Shown here: positions 13,060 to 26,373 of the stretch, piece after piece
Layout: the number at the start of each line of letters is the position of its first letter
Position numbering within the stretch: the stretch's first letter is position 1
Assembly (NCBI GenBank): GCA_951406725.2
Contig: OX597823.1
Coordinates: forward strand, 88,102,001-88,166,000
Source: Octopus vulgaris
Lineage: Eukaryota
Direction of reading: 5' to 3'
DNA length: 64,000 nt
Notes under the pieces: model-generated
The model's input: only the letters and a program-made list of their open reading frames with translations
Told to the model about the DNA's origin: nothing
Databases searched by the model: none
Position numbers and translations under genes: made by a program

Positions 13060-13400
13060 AACATGGAAAGGAGGCAAAACTTCCTCGGCTTGGTGGAATG
13101 AAAGAGGTTCTATGGTGAGTTAATCTGAAGGTTTTGAAGGAGAATATGCCTATCTGAACAACGTATTCAAATACGAGTTGAAAAGGAAGATAAGAACAGA
13201 TAGGGAGGTTCTGATTTCTAGCAAATGAATTGAATGATGGATGAGATTAGGAGAATTGGTGTGTCTGATTGAGTCTGTCCTATGTGTCCTTTTCTAAGAA
13301 AGAGAAAAGAAACTTTGTGCTCCGTTCTTCTAGGGATTGAATTCTTAGTGAAATTATATTGGTATTTCGTCTCTAAGTTTTGTTATATCATTTGTTAATG
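13060..13400 (+). mobile_element. Possible Tx1/L1-clade LINE 3' relic
   Basis: NVFKYELKRKIRTDREVL..W resembles Tx1-like C-termini; decayed. Confidence 0.4.
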
Positions 13401-13539
13401 TTCTTGTGATTGATAGAAACCTCACTAATTGTGTATTGCATTCGCTTTTTCAAGTCGTTGTCAGACTCTACTGGCTACTATCATTATCACGATAAACATT
13501 ACTATTATCATCCTGATCACCATTATTATCAATAGCACT

Positions 13540-13753
13540 AAGGCGGTGAGGTGACAAAATCGTTAGCACACCGAACAAAATGCTTAGCGGCATTTCATTC
13601 GCATTTACTTTCTGAGATCAAATTCAACCCGGGTCGACTTTGAATTCCATCCTATCGGGATCGATTAAATAAGTACCAGTTAAACACTGGGATCGATACA
13701 ATCAACTGAGCCCCATTCTCCAAATTTCAGGTCTTGTGCCTTTAGTAGAAAGG

Positions 13754-13813
<60 letters not shown>
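13540..13813 (+). mobile_element. SINE family B (second tail type) followed by (ACT)n
   Basis: Head aaggcggtgag, Meta-like core, tail aaatttcaggtcttgtgcctttagtagaaagg, then (ACT)n. Confidence 0.85.
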
Positions 13814-14227
13814 GCAGACTCTCGTAATGTGAGGACATCTTTTATTATTCTCTTTTTCAGAAAATGTCTGTCTTGAAGTATTACCAAATGGAAATTTCTC
13901 CCGAGTAATTGTAAAAAGAACTACAATTGTGGGAGAAGGGCGGTCCTCGATACACATGGCAAACGGCTGCAAGACCTTTTGTTTCACAAACATGTTAAAT
14001 AATATTTTAGAATATTATATTTTCACATTGAAAATAGCTACCTCACTTAATTATATGACACAGCAAAGAAGCAGACGAAGCGAACATCTAAAAGTATTAG
14101 AAGAATTAAAAAAAGAATTGGACAGTATAGCGTACAATTGACAGAAGAATATATCCCAAATACTCAAATATTGAATTCAAATTTTGGCTCAAGGCCAGCA
14201 ATTTAGGATGAGCTAATAAGTAGATTA

Positions 14228-14484
14228 GTGGAGGCTCGTAGCTTAGTGGTTAGAGAGTCAGCATCATGATCGTAAGATTGTGGCTTCGATTCCGGGACCG
14301 GGCGACGCGTTGTGTTCTTGAGCAAAACGCTTCATTTCACATTGCTCCAGTTCACTCAGCTGGCAAAAATGAGTAACGCTGCGATGGACTGGCGTCCCAT
14401 CCAGCTGGGGAACACATACGCCATTGAAACCGGAAAGCCGGGCCCATGAGTCTGGCTAGGCTTTAAAAGGGCGTATTTATTTTT
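14228..14484 (+). mobile_element. tRNA-derived SINE with V-domain-like core, nested in a family B SINE
   Basis: A/B-box-like tagcttagtggtta and cttcgattcc; gcgatggactggcgtcccatccag core; gatgagctaa repeated on both flanks. Confidence 0.7.
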
Positions 14485-16229
14485 AAGATGAGCTAAAGTC
14501 GATTAGAACAACCCCAGTGTTCAGTTAGTGTTTATTTTATGGACCCTGAAAGTTGAGCTTCGAACGCGAAGACGAACTAATGATGAGCTAATAAGTAGAG
14601 GGCACTAAGCATTATGCCCTCTCGCCACCTTACAAAAACTCAAATATCAAACTGAAAGTCAGTGATTAATAACAACATATGTAGCAATTCTCCCATAATT
14701 CCAAATAATACGGCAGATTTGTTAATAACTTCTATTGCACAATGGGTAACATGATGGAGCAATTAATTATAAAATAAAACTAGCCGAGGTTCTGATGAGA
14801 ATCGAGAGGATATACTCAAATCATTCCCATAATTAGATTACTTAATAATTTTAAGCCAGTGCGGACAATATGTGCAGTTGTAGATGGACATGGCTGTTCA
14901 ATAGATGGAGAAGTATCCAGTATAGTAACCGTACTGCTGGAGTTGAAATTCCCTTGGCATTACATTCTATTTTCATTAGTGTTAATAATGTTAAAATCTA
15001 AGGCTGACACACTTGCATTTTTAGCCAGAATAAATATTTATACTATGACTCATTCCTATTCTCTAATTCTTTAATGTGTATAGATTTATTAATCATAGTG
15101 TTTCGGCTCGCGAAGTATGCTGGCGCCTTTTAATATCAACTGTCGATATAACAGATATCTTTAGAAATATTAGTTCAGTTATTCGTTTAAAATATGAAAC
15201 ATGTACTGTTCAGTCTCGTAGAACATATACTCTCTAGTCATTTCAAGAGTTGTATTAACGGGTAATCTATCTTCGTTGAAGAGGCTCAATCATCATCAGA
15301 GTGGACAACGTACACTTAGAGATCAGAATCACATTACGCAGTTTTGTATAACTAATTTTAATTAATTTAAATTCCGACACTCTTACCCTGTCATTCCGAC
15401 AAGAAATATATGTGCATATAATATAATCTTTTCTTTACTTAATGTGCTGTTTTAATTAATTATCTTTTTATCCATTACATGAGATACGATAACATCCATT
15501 TCCGGATGGACCACTTGCCTATCAGTCGAATACTACATTGAACCAAAATATACTTATGATTAATCAGTGAGTGAGGAGGAGTAAAGCTGAGAGATAATAA
15601 TCCACATAAATTTTTTTAATTCAGAATTGAGATATTTTTCTCAATTTCTCGAGACGTTTATTATCCTTAGAAGTAGAAGTACATGGTACAGCGACTTTAC
15701 GGGCTCTCCGAGACAAGGTTGAGAAAGTGAGCTTGAGACAAGCAATATGGTCCGTGTGTATGTCTCAATATTATCTCTATAACTGTAATTTTTATCATCC
15801 TTTATGATTCTCAATCTTTGTAACGATCCATGACTTGTTCTTACATATTTTGGAAGCCAGGAATGTATAGGGAATTGTTTCGAAGCAAATTACATGAATG
15901 CTAGTTTAAGGAAGTTCCTAATTTCAAGAATAAAAAAAGCGAAGAAAAGGGAAGCGACTATTGTTGAACTCCATACATCCATATAGACCGTACAAGATGA
16001 TGGCTGCAACAGGATTTCGAGCATTAAACAATAATATACGAAAGCGTATATTGTTGTTAAATGCCCGAAATACGAGACTAGAGAAACAGACAACAGCTGA
16101 TGAAGGCTCGTTCTTTATGTTTGTTTTGTTTTCCACTTGTGTCTTTTGTCGTTCGAAAGAATAGTCCATGTTCCATGTACTCGTGCTTCGTACTTTTTTG
16201 TTGTACACTTTTCATGACTCCCTGTGCCC

Positions 16230-16298
16230 ACATATACACACACACATATATATATATATATATACGTATAGATGTATGTACATATACGCATGCATATA

Positions 16299-16342
<44 letters not shown>

Positions 16343-16530
16343 TATATATATATATATTATTTATATTACTATATATATATGCATATATATATATACGCAT
16401 GTATATATACATATATATATATATTATTTATATTACTATATATATATATGCATATATATGCATATATACATATATGAATATAAATATATATACATGTATA
16501 TATATACAGAGAGAGAGAGAGAGAGAGAGA
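16230..16530. repeat. (TA)n-rich field with internal duplication, then (GA)n
   Basis: Visible; attatttatattactata occurs twice. Confidence 0.95.
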
Positions 16531-16566
16531 GTTGAATCAGGTACTTAAATTAAGAAACCTACTCAT

Positions 16567-16604
<38 letters not shown>

Positions 16605-16760
16605 GTAAATATTAGAGAGCCAACTTTGAATATGTTAACTCTAGTGCTAGAAATAGCTCCAACCGGTATAGTCGCCAACGATATTGCGCTAGGTCGCTTG
16701 GTGTTAAAATAAGGGTATTATTGAATTAATATCTATAATTTTATTCACCCTCATTATTGA

Positions 16761-16795
<35 letters not shown>

Positions 16796-16973
16796 ACTAT
16801 TAGAGCATCGACCAGACCATCTGATGGCGTTATACGCCGCAGTCACAATGTGCTTCCAATTATATCTTAATTGCACCATTCTTTTCCATTTTGACACAAA
16901 ATGCTTCACTAGATGTCTTCACATCTATACATACATACATAAAGACACACAGACACACACACACACACACACA

Positions 16974-17006
<33 letters not shown>

Positions 17007-17427
17007 TGATGCGTGTTGAGTGACAAACGTAGTTTTCCGTGTCGGTCAGATCATGAGCTGAAGTTAGACCTGCGGATAACGAGCAGTGGATCTCCTTCTA
17101 AAATCGCGGACAAGACTCTTACAGACAATCATGAAAGAACACTGTACATGTTGCGCCTTTCATTCTGTTTGAAACAACGCAACTTATTTTCGATCAATAA
17201 GGAACATCATAGCAATATATAAGTATGTCTGATAAACAAATATCTCTAAGCATTAAAATGATATTATTTTTCTCACATTTTAGTTCAGTACGAAGCGAAT
17301 AGTGTACACGTTTATAACAAGAAGATAAATAACTTCGAGAAATATAAATCGGAAAATTGCAGGAAGGAAGTTGTAGCGGAAAAACAAGACAGAAACAAAT
17401 GGCAGAAGATAAATTCGTGTTGCTTAC

Positions 17428-17625
17428 TTGGACATCAAATGGGAAATCATTCAACTCCAAGTTCTCCATGAAAGTTCCTTTAATCACCCGTTTCTCAACG
17501 ATGTAAGCTTCACCTTTATCATTGAAGTTCACTCTGTGCCGTATATTTTCTTTTGGATCACCTAGTGTGTTTTCAATGTAAAGTTTTGGACTCCAGTATT
17601 TCTTAATATCAATACCTTCCAGTGC
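17428..17625 (-). CDS. Internal coding exon (66 aa) of a pentameric ligand-gated ion channel subunit, extracellular domain, Cys-less (Pro-loop) type
   Basis: Minus strand: polypyrimidine tract and acceptor (ttttcttttatactttacAG) before 17625; donor CAA|GTAAGC after 17428; 198 nt, phase 0-0. Translation ALEGIDIKKYWSPKLYIENTLGDPKENIRHRVNFNDKGEAYIVEKRVIKGTFMENLELNDFPFDVQ has the loop A WxPxxxxxN motif and the LxLxxFPFDxQ Pro-loop motif. The ORF-track 17194-17772 ORF merely extends into intron on both sides. Confidence 0.88.
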
Positions 17626-18216
17626 CTGTAAAGTATAAAAAGAAAAAAGAGAAAAAAAGAAAGATATCAGATCAGTAAACAAAATGTTATAAATAAAGAA
17701 GCTGAGAAAACAAATGAAAATAAATCGGAATGGTTCGTATTTTAGTATGACTAATTCTGTATTAGTTTCCATTCTATTTGGTTATACACTGCATTACACA
17801 AACACAGAAACACACGTACGCAAACATATATTAACATACACGTAAAGGTATATATACATATATATATATACATGCCATAAAAATGTATGCTTAGATATAT
17901 GTCTTCGAATAGGTATATATGCGTATGTGTATTTGTGTGAGTATGTGTGTGTGTGTGTATGTAGGTATGTACACATATACGCAGACATATATATATGTAT
18001 ATATTTTATAAAATATATATACATACATGTATGCATATATGTATATACACATATACAAATACATATATATGTGTGTGTATGTGTAAATAGACAAACACTC
18101 TATACATATATTTGCATAGAGATATATATGTATCTAACTATCTATCTGTCTCCCCTTCTTTGTCTTTCTTTCGCTCGCTCCTCTCTCTGTACACACACAA
18201 ACACATATATGCTCCT

Positions 18217-18249
<33 letters not shown>

Positions 18250-18604
18250 CATATATGTACACACAGAGACAGCCACACGAACACACATACGCACAAACAC
18301 AAACACACATGTGCTACTGTGGAACGCATCTAAAAACAAAATACAGCAAAAAAAATATCTATAAATTTTATAGGATTTAGAAATCAAATCACGGAAAGGA
18401 AACTGAAGGAATTTCAGTTCAGTAGTTTGATTTAAGTTATTCTTCTTCTTCCTACGACATCGGAATTGTCTGAAATATGTGTGGTTATTCGGTTCTTGGG
18501 CAACAAGCTGTTAACTGAGGGAAAAAAAAACACAGGGAAACGATTTTTTGTTTCCTTATTTTATCGTCAAATACGGAATGCCCCCTGGAAATAATCTTGT
18601 TGTT

Positions 18605-18686
18605 TGTTTGATGATATGCATACATGTATGTGTGTGTATGTGTGTATATATATATATATATTTGATGATATGCATACACCTATGTG

Positions 18687-18724
<38 letters not shown>

Positions 18725-18849
18725 ATGCATACACCTATGTGTATGTATATATATATATATATTTGATGATATGCATACACCTATGTGTATGTATGTATAT
18801 ATATATATATATATATTTGATGATATGCATACACCTATGTCTATGTATG

Positions 18850-18893
<44 letters not shown>

Positions 18894-18902
18894 CATGTAT
18901 AC

Positions 18903-18954
<52 letters not shown>

Positions 18955-19045
18955 ATACCTATATATATTTACATATATGTAAATATATATGTGTATATTT
19001 GTGTATACATATATATATTTGTGTATACATTATATATATATATGC
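18605..19045. repeat. Minisatellite of five units (tttg)atgatatgcatacacctatgtg + variable (TA)n, running into a (TA)n field
   Basis: Units start near 18607, 18661, 18720, 18762 and 18817. Confidence 0.9.
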
Positions 19046-19192
19046 GAAGTGAAATCCACAACACCATCTCTTCGGTTATATATTATAGATGTATGGTGTT
19101 GTGGATTTATCGGCATCTGAAACTATATATATTTACATTATATAGATAATTTCTTCTATTTACATAATATTGAGGTCTCTTTCTTTCTTTTG

Positions 19193-19243
<51 letters not shown>

Positions 19244-19861
19244 TATATGTATATATATATGTATGCATGTATGTATGTATGTATGTGTGTGCATATATAT
19301 GCGTTTCTGTGTATGTTTGAATATTTAGGATTACAAAAATAAAATCGTTTATACGACAGACACGCATTTGACCTCAAATCAGTATAAATGTATTTTAGGT
19401 GCACTTGAGACAGATTACATGCGCATGTGCCCGTGTGTGTTTGTATGTCTGTGCGTGTGTGTATTTGTGTGTATTTGTGTGTGAGTGTTTGTGAGTGAAA
19501 ATGTGTACCGACTGTGTTTTGCATCATAGGTTATCTGGAAAATTGAGCAATAATTCTTTGGTACGTATTCGCCGAAGGCTATATATATGAATGTATGTAT
19601 GGATGTATGTATATATTATTGTATGTATGTATTATTATATGTATGTATAAAAATTGATATATATGCATGTATGTATACGCGCAGATATGTATATGGGTAT
19701 CTATCTATCTATCTATCTAATTATCAGCATATATAGACGTACCGCACACACACACACGCATACAAACATACATACATAAATACATACATTCATACATACA
19801 TATATATATATACACATACATATATATACATACATATACAGACATACATATATACATATAC

Positions 19862-19894
<33 letters not shown>

Positions 19895-19907
19895 AACACA
19901 CACACAT

Positions 19908-20131
19908 TTTATTCTTTTACTTGTCTTAGTCATCTAACTGCGGCTATACTGGGGTAGCGCCTTTAGTCGAATAAATCGACCCCAAAACTTATTCTTTGTA
20001 AGCCCAGTACTTATTCTATCGGATTGCTTTCTGCCGATCCGCTAGCTTATGGGAACGTAAACACCAACATTGATTGTCAAGCGATGATGGGGGGACAAAC
20101 ACAGACAAAAACACACACACACACACACACA
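19908..20131 (-). mobile_element. SINE family A, 3' half
   Basis: Matches the family A tail and central TG tract. Confidence 0.8.
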
Positions 20132-20228
20132 TAAAAGTAGACATTACGGGTAATTTCGCCGACTAAAATCCTTTTGCGACATTGTTTTAGCATGTAGAAA
20201 CAAATAGGCACTCATACACACACACACG

Positions 20229-20820
20229 TTTATTTCTTTATTGCCCACACGGAGCAAAGCTTAGAGGAGACAAACAAGGGCAGACAAAGGGACTAAGACG
20301 ACTACATCGACCCCAGTGCGTAACTGGTACTTATATAATCGACCTCAGAACGTGACGGCAGAAGAAATACCGCTAAGCCTTTCGCTCGGCATGCTAACGA
20401 TAATTATTTCTTTACTGCCCACAAGGGGCTACACACAAAGAGGACAAACAAGGACAGACAAACGGATTAAGTCGATTATGTCGACCCCAGTGCGTAAATG
20501 GTACTTATTTAATCGATCCCGAAAGGATGAAAGGCAAAGTCAAACTGAGCGGAATTTGAGCTCAGAACGTAGTGGCAGACGAAATACCTATTTCTTTACT
20601 ACCCACACGGGGCTAAACACAGACTGGACAAACAATGACAGACAAATAAATTAAGTCGATTATATCGACCCCAGTGCGTAACTGGTACTTATGTAATCGA
20701 CTCCGAAAGGATGAAAAGCAAAGTCGATCTAGGTGGAATTTGAACTCAGAACGTAGCGGCAGACGAAATACCTCTAAGGATTTAGCTCGGCGTGCTAACA
20801 TTTCTGCCAGCTCACCGCCC
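20229..20820 (-). mobile_element. SINE family B multimer
   Basis: Head-to-tail units of about 184 bp; one 5' head at about 20770-20820. Confidence 0.88.
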
Positions 20821-21786
20821 TCACACACATTCACACACATTTTAATATAATATATTGCAATATTATTTATATATCTTTCAAATCGCGAAAGTACGGGAGA
20901 TGATAGGACTTTGATATTTGGAGGACGAATCAATATTGACGGATCGATTTTAACATTCTCAATCACCAACTTAAGGTTTCTGAGAGTTAGCTCGAAACAC
21001 CCCAGAACAAGCTTATACTAACTTCTCCTTTCATTGAGAGAACTCGCGAGTTGCAATTTCTAAAAATATAACACTTGTTTCCATCAATAAACTTAAAACG
21101 GATTCACAGAGAAATCGGCCCTTTAACATAACTTGAACTTGGTTTTGTGAGATGAGGCGAGACAAAATACTGTCTGGCATTTATTTAATTTAATACTTAT
21201 TGTTCCCTGACTCATTATAACAAAGAAATGCTACACTGGATTATAACAATGAAGTCTATCCTTGTAGCAATAGGACATAGATTAGTTCCATTACATTCCG
21301 AAAATTTCTCATTAAGATCTTATTTATTCAAAATCTAATTTTTCTACCTATTTCACAGCACTTGACTTATCTAATAACAAAGTCTCTTTGCTACTGGCTC
21401 CATCAAATTCTGAACCAAAAAGAGGTAAAAAAAAAATTACACAAAAGACAAAAAGATTTCGATCGTCATAAAGAAAAGCGAGATAAAAATGCAGCACAAT
21501 TTTCCAAAAATATATATAAATAAAACACATTCAAAGAATAGTAAACGAGATACGGAATGAAGAAGAAACAAACTTCTAGCGACTTACTAATGCCAAAGAG
21601 ACACTGAGAAACTAATTTCTAAAGATTCGATTTCTCAAAGAACTATTACCTTTTCAGTGTTCTTCAGAATCCAATCGATTTTACGAAGTGTCTCTCAGTG
21701 TAACTGCCCTCTGACACATATGTGTATGTATATGTAGAGATATGTATGTACATTCCTTGCGACATATCTTATTTCTTCCCATATCC

Positions 21787-21824
<38 letters not shown>

Positions 21825-22124
21825 CATACATACAAACATGGTACGTAGTTGCAAAACACACACACATACGCACAAACATGCACACACAAGGAGACAGAGG
21901 TGCATACATATATAAACACATGCTCACACACACACATAGAAAATACACAAACACGGACATGCAACCACATGTATATGCAGAATACATACATACATATATA
22001 CATATGCATACACACACACACATGCATACACACATACATACGTACTTGTATGCATGCATAGGCACACACACACACTATCCCACACACATGCGCACAAACA
22101 AACAAAAAGGAACGCAGTGTAAAT

Positions 22125-22326
22125 AACGTCAGTGTCAAGACTATTGAAAAGGTTGCAAGACGCAACGAAAATTTAAGAAAATAAAAATAAGAAATAAGTG
22201 AAAATTTTACCGGTAAGTGTGTTACGTTATAAGGTACAAGAAGAAATTGACTCTCCCCAGACACAACAGAATATGCTTCAACACACGAACTCATATAAAG
22301 AATCTTGCAAACCAAATCCAAAAACG

Positions 22327-22330
<4 letters not shown>
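22125..22330 (+). mobile_element. Penelope-like pseudo-LTR fragment with degenerate hammerhead motif
   Basis: TTGAAAA-G-GTTGC-aagac-GCAAC-GAAA at 22144-22170; tail ttcaacacacg..aagaatcttgcaaa is shared with 56230-56285 and 60200-60250. Confidence 0.5.
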
Positions 22331-22364
<34 letters not shown>

Positions 22365-22544
22365 GTACAGGTATACATTCTTACACACATATACATATAC
22401 TTGTATATGCATATATAAACATGCACGTATTGATGTGTTTTGCATGCAAAATACATGATACGCTTGAATGTATATACACCTTATATTTAATGACATTTTT
22501 AAATGAAATCAAGCTGTATATGTTCGTTTCAAATATTGGCTTCA

Positions 22545-24185
22545 AATATTGGAATAAGGCCAGCCATTTCGGAGAAGGAGAATTCGTCAATTATATCGAC
22601 CCCAATACTCAGCTGGTACTTACTTTATCTACACCAAAAGGATGAAAGGCAAAGTGGACTTCGGTGGAATTTGAACTCAGACCTTACAGACGGACGGAAT
22701 GCCACTAAGTATTTTGTACGGTAGCGTTAACGTTTCTGCCACCTCTACGCCTTGCAAGAAGTATATATTAATATCGATGCATACATAATCTATATAAGTT
22801 TTCAGGACATGAATTGAGGTTTGTAATGGAGGCGGGAAGACAAATTATATATACCCATCAGACTAACATCAACAAATATAGAGAAAGCAGTACCTGGTAG
22901 GATTTTTAAATCCTTCGTCACGCTAATTAGAATCAATATCGAGGGAGATACTCACGAATTAAAGCGCGACCCTAAATATTGGGTTCAATGCCAGTAGGTT
23001 TGGCAAGAGGGGAAAGTCGATTATGTTGACCCCCGTGCTCAAGTGTTAGTTATTTTATCGACCCCGGAAAGATGAAAAGTAAATTCGACATTGGTGGAGT
23101 TTGAACACAGAACCTAAGGACATACAAAATGCCACCAAGCACTTTCACCGACATGCTAACGATCCCGCTACCTCGCCGTCCTTTATTACATAGATATTCT
23201 TTTCTACTCTAGGCACAAGGTCCGAAAATTTGGGGGAGGGGGCCGGTCGATTAGATCAATCCAAGTACGGAACCAGTACTTAATTTATCGACCCCGAAAT
23301 GAGGAAACGCAAAGTCGACCTCAGCGGAATTTGAACTCAGAACATAAAAGACAGACGAAATACCTATTTCTTTACTACCCACAAGAGGCTAAACACAGAA
23401 GGGACAAACAAGGACAGACAAACTGAATAAGCCGATTATATCGACCCCAGGGCGTAACTGGTACTTATTTAATCGACCCCGAAAGGATGAAAGGCAAAGT
23501 CGACCTCGGCGGAGTTTGAACTCAGAACGTAACGGCAGACGAAATACCGCTAAGCATTTCACCTGGTGTGCTAACGTTTCTGCCAGCTCACCACCCTCTC
23601 ATTACATAAATATTCATTTGTTTATTGCATCAGGCGGTTAAACATAGAGGGGGCAAACAAGGACAGACAAAGGGATTAAGTCGATTACATCGACCCCAGT
23701 GAGTAACTGGTGTTTATTTAATCGACGCCGAAACGATGAGAGGTAAAACCGACCTCGGCGTAAAAACATACGAAATACCTATTTCTTTACTACCCACAAC
23801 AGAGAGAGGACAAACAAGGACAGACACACGGATTAAGTCAATTATATCGACCCCAGTGCGTAACTGGTACTTATTTAATCGACCACGAAAGGTTGAAAGG
23901 CAAAGTCGACCTCGGCGGAATTTGAACTCAGAACATTAGCGGCAGACGAAATACCTATTTCTTTACTACCCACAAGGGGCTACACACAGAGGGACAAGCA
24001 AGGACGGACAAACGGATTAAGTCGATTATATCGACCCCAGTGCGTAACTGGTACTTATTCAATCGGCCCCGAAAGGATGACAGACAAAGACGACCTCGGC
24101 GGAATTTGAACTCAGAACGTAGCGGCAGATGAAATACCGCTAAGCATTTCGCCCGGCGTGCTAACGTTTCTGCCAGCTCGCCGCT
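22545..24185 (-). mobile_element. Large cluster of SINE family B monomers and multimers
   Basis: At least seven cores; the spacer cattacata(a/g)atatt recurs near 23185, 23600 and 24190. Confidence 0.88.
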
Positions 24186-24461
24186 CTTTCATTACATAAG
24201 TATTGATAATACCATTCTCCACCTTTAGATTTTCGTTTCAAATCTTAAAACTAATAAATAATAGCAATAGAATATACAGAATATCGAATATGTAACATAA
24301 TACGGAATATATAATACATTATAGAATATAGAAAACATAGATCCTAAGTTTGACGAGAACATTTTTGCATCTTTGTCGTACAAAGTTTTCAAACGAAACA
24401 TGGGATCGATATATCAGCGTTTTGGAACAATATAATGGATTCTGATATTAGGTACATGGAA

Positions 24462-24662
24462 GCCGGTGAGCTGGCAGAATCGTTAGCACGCTGGGTAGAT
24501 TTCTTGGTGGCATTTCGTCTGTCTTTACATTCTGAGTTCAAATACCACCGAGGTCGACTTTGATTTTCACCCTTTTCAGAGATGGTGGGGAAAATGCTTC
24601 GGTCGATATAATCGACTTATACACTTCCTCGAAATTGCTGGCCTTCTGCCAAAATTTGAAAA
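24462..24662 (+). mobile_element. SINE family B copy
   Basis: Head ggtgagctggcagaatcgttagcacg; tattaggtaca repeated on both flanks (about 24446 and 24666). Confidence 0.75.
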
Positions 24663-24876
24663 CTATATTAGGTACACGGGCAGCACTATTGAAGGTTTGG
24701 AATTAATGGATACAATGGAATCCACTTCGTAACTAATACCACATTTTATCGACAGCAAAATGATGAAAGGCAAATTCGACCTCAGCGAAATTAAAACTCC
24801 TCAGAATGTGAATCTTTGTGTGTGTCTGTCTCTCTCTTTATTTATATATATATATATAAAGAGAGAGACAGACACG

Positions 24877-24933
<57 letters not shown>

Positions 24934-24953
24934 CCACCCAACTAATCCCCCCC

Positions 24954-24998
<45 letters not shown>

Positions 24999-26179
24999 CT
25001 GTAAGAAGAATTTAAGATAAGTATTTATTTATCGGTTGCTTCTTGTTTGGGATTTCATGATGAATCTCCTTTTTCTCAAAATATAAAATCTGTACACCAC
25101 TTCAAGCAATCTACGCACACACGTACACACACACATAAGCGCATACACACACACACACACACACACACACGCATAGACGTGTTTGTGTGTATGTAGAAAG
25201 AGAGAGTGTGTGAGAGAGAGATTGCGTGTCTACACGCATTCGAACGCATTGTCTCAGTTTTTATTTCTCTAACTCAAGCTACAGTCTACTAAGCTACGAC
25301 GGTGTAATTCCTCTAAAGAACCATCGCACACCCTGTGTCTAGATATTTTTGTAATGCTGTGGTTCATAACGTTTCTACCATATTTATTAAAATCGTTTTG
25401 ATGTGAAAACGACATATTGCAAGAACTGACTTAGCACTGAAATTAGTTTCTACAGAATTTTCTCATTTATTTCTACTAGTTTCTGATTTCAAAGACATTT
25501 AAATTTCACATTACCTTTTATTCAACAAATGCTTTTCCTATGTTCAACTATAATGTTCATATCGGTTCCAAAGGTTACATATTATCTATGAATACATTAG
25601 GCATGCTTTTATTTAGGAGACATGACTACGGTCACTTTTGTTCAAATCTGCTTGAGTAGTCATAAAGTGAATTCATTGCTAAACGGATGAAGATTATCAA
25701 CATAAAGGTACTGCCCACTAGATATACGCAAAGATAATCCACACGACTGGATCTCATTTCCGCTTGAGTTGACTTTAAGGAAATGGAAAATAAATTTCCT
25801 TAATAAGAAAACGGTCTATTGCAGCAAAGTTTTCGTGTGGGAGTAAAGTAAATACACATTAGGAATCAACGAATGGCTTATCAAGTTTACATTTCTGATA
25901 CTGTTTTCGGTAGCAAAGAAACGTACAAGTGTGTTTAACGCTGACAAGGCTGAGTGCTACAGTCACCAGAATACGGGATCAACGTAATGTCAGTTATACA
26001 ACGCAAAAACCCATTTGTTCTTAAATAGAATGTTGCGGCGCAATGGTGCGCCGGAAGTGCTACTTAAGTGAATCGCATATATTTTTCTGCCTCTAAATAG
26101 AATTTAAATTTAAGAAAATCCATACAATTACTCATGCGCCTACAGTCATAATATACGCTAGCATACAATATTGTATTTA

Positions 26180-26373
26180 CGATTCCCGGACAGTGCTGTG
26201 TGCTGTGTTCTTGAGCAAGACACTTTATTTCCCGTTGTTCCAGTTCAGTCAGCTGTAGAAATTATTTACGACGTCACTGGTCCCAAGTTGTATTGGACTT
26301 TGTCTTTCCCTTGGATAACATCGGTGGCATAGAGAGGGGAGAATGTTATGAATGGGCGACAACAGGTTTTCCA
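26180..26373 (+). mobile_element. 5' part of a tRNA-derived SINE interrupted by the LINE; 3' part resumes at about 27451-27535
   Basis: cgattcccggac..tgtgttcttgagcaagacactttatttc..gttccagttcagtcagctg is similar to the 14290-14360 SINE head. Confidence 0.6.

Noticed and set aside
17428-17625. Cephalopod chemotactile receptor or nAChR assignment
   Set aside because: Those retain the Cys-loop cysteine; here that position is Glu.
17194-17772. 192-aa ORF as a complete gene with hydrophobic segments
   Set aside because: Only 17428-17625 is bounded by splice sites; the F-rich N-terminus is the polypyrimidine tract.
18605-18850. CRISPR-like repeat-spacer pattern
   Set aside because: Spacers are only (TG)/(TA)n, the context is eukaryotic and there are no cas genes; it is a minisatellite.
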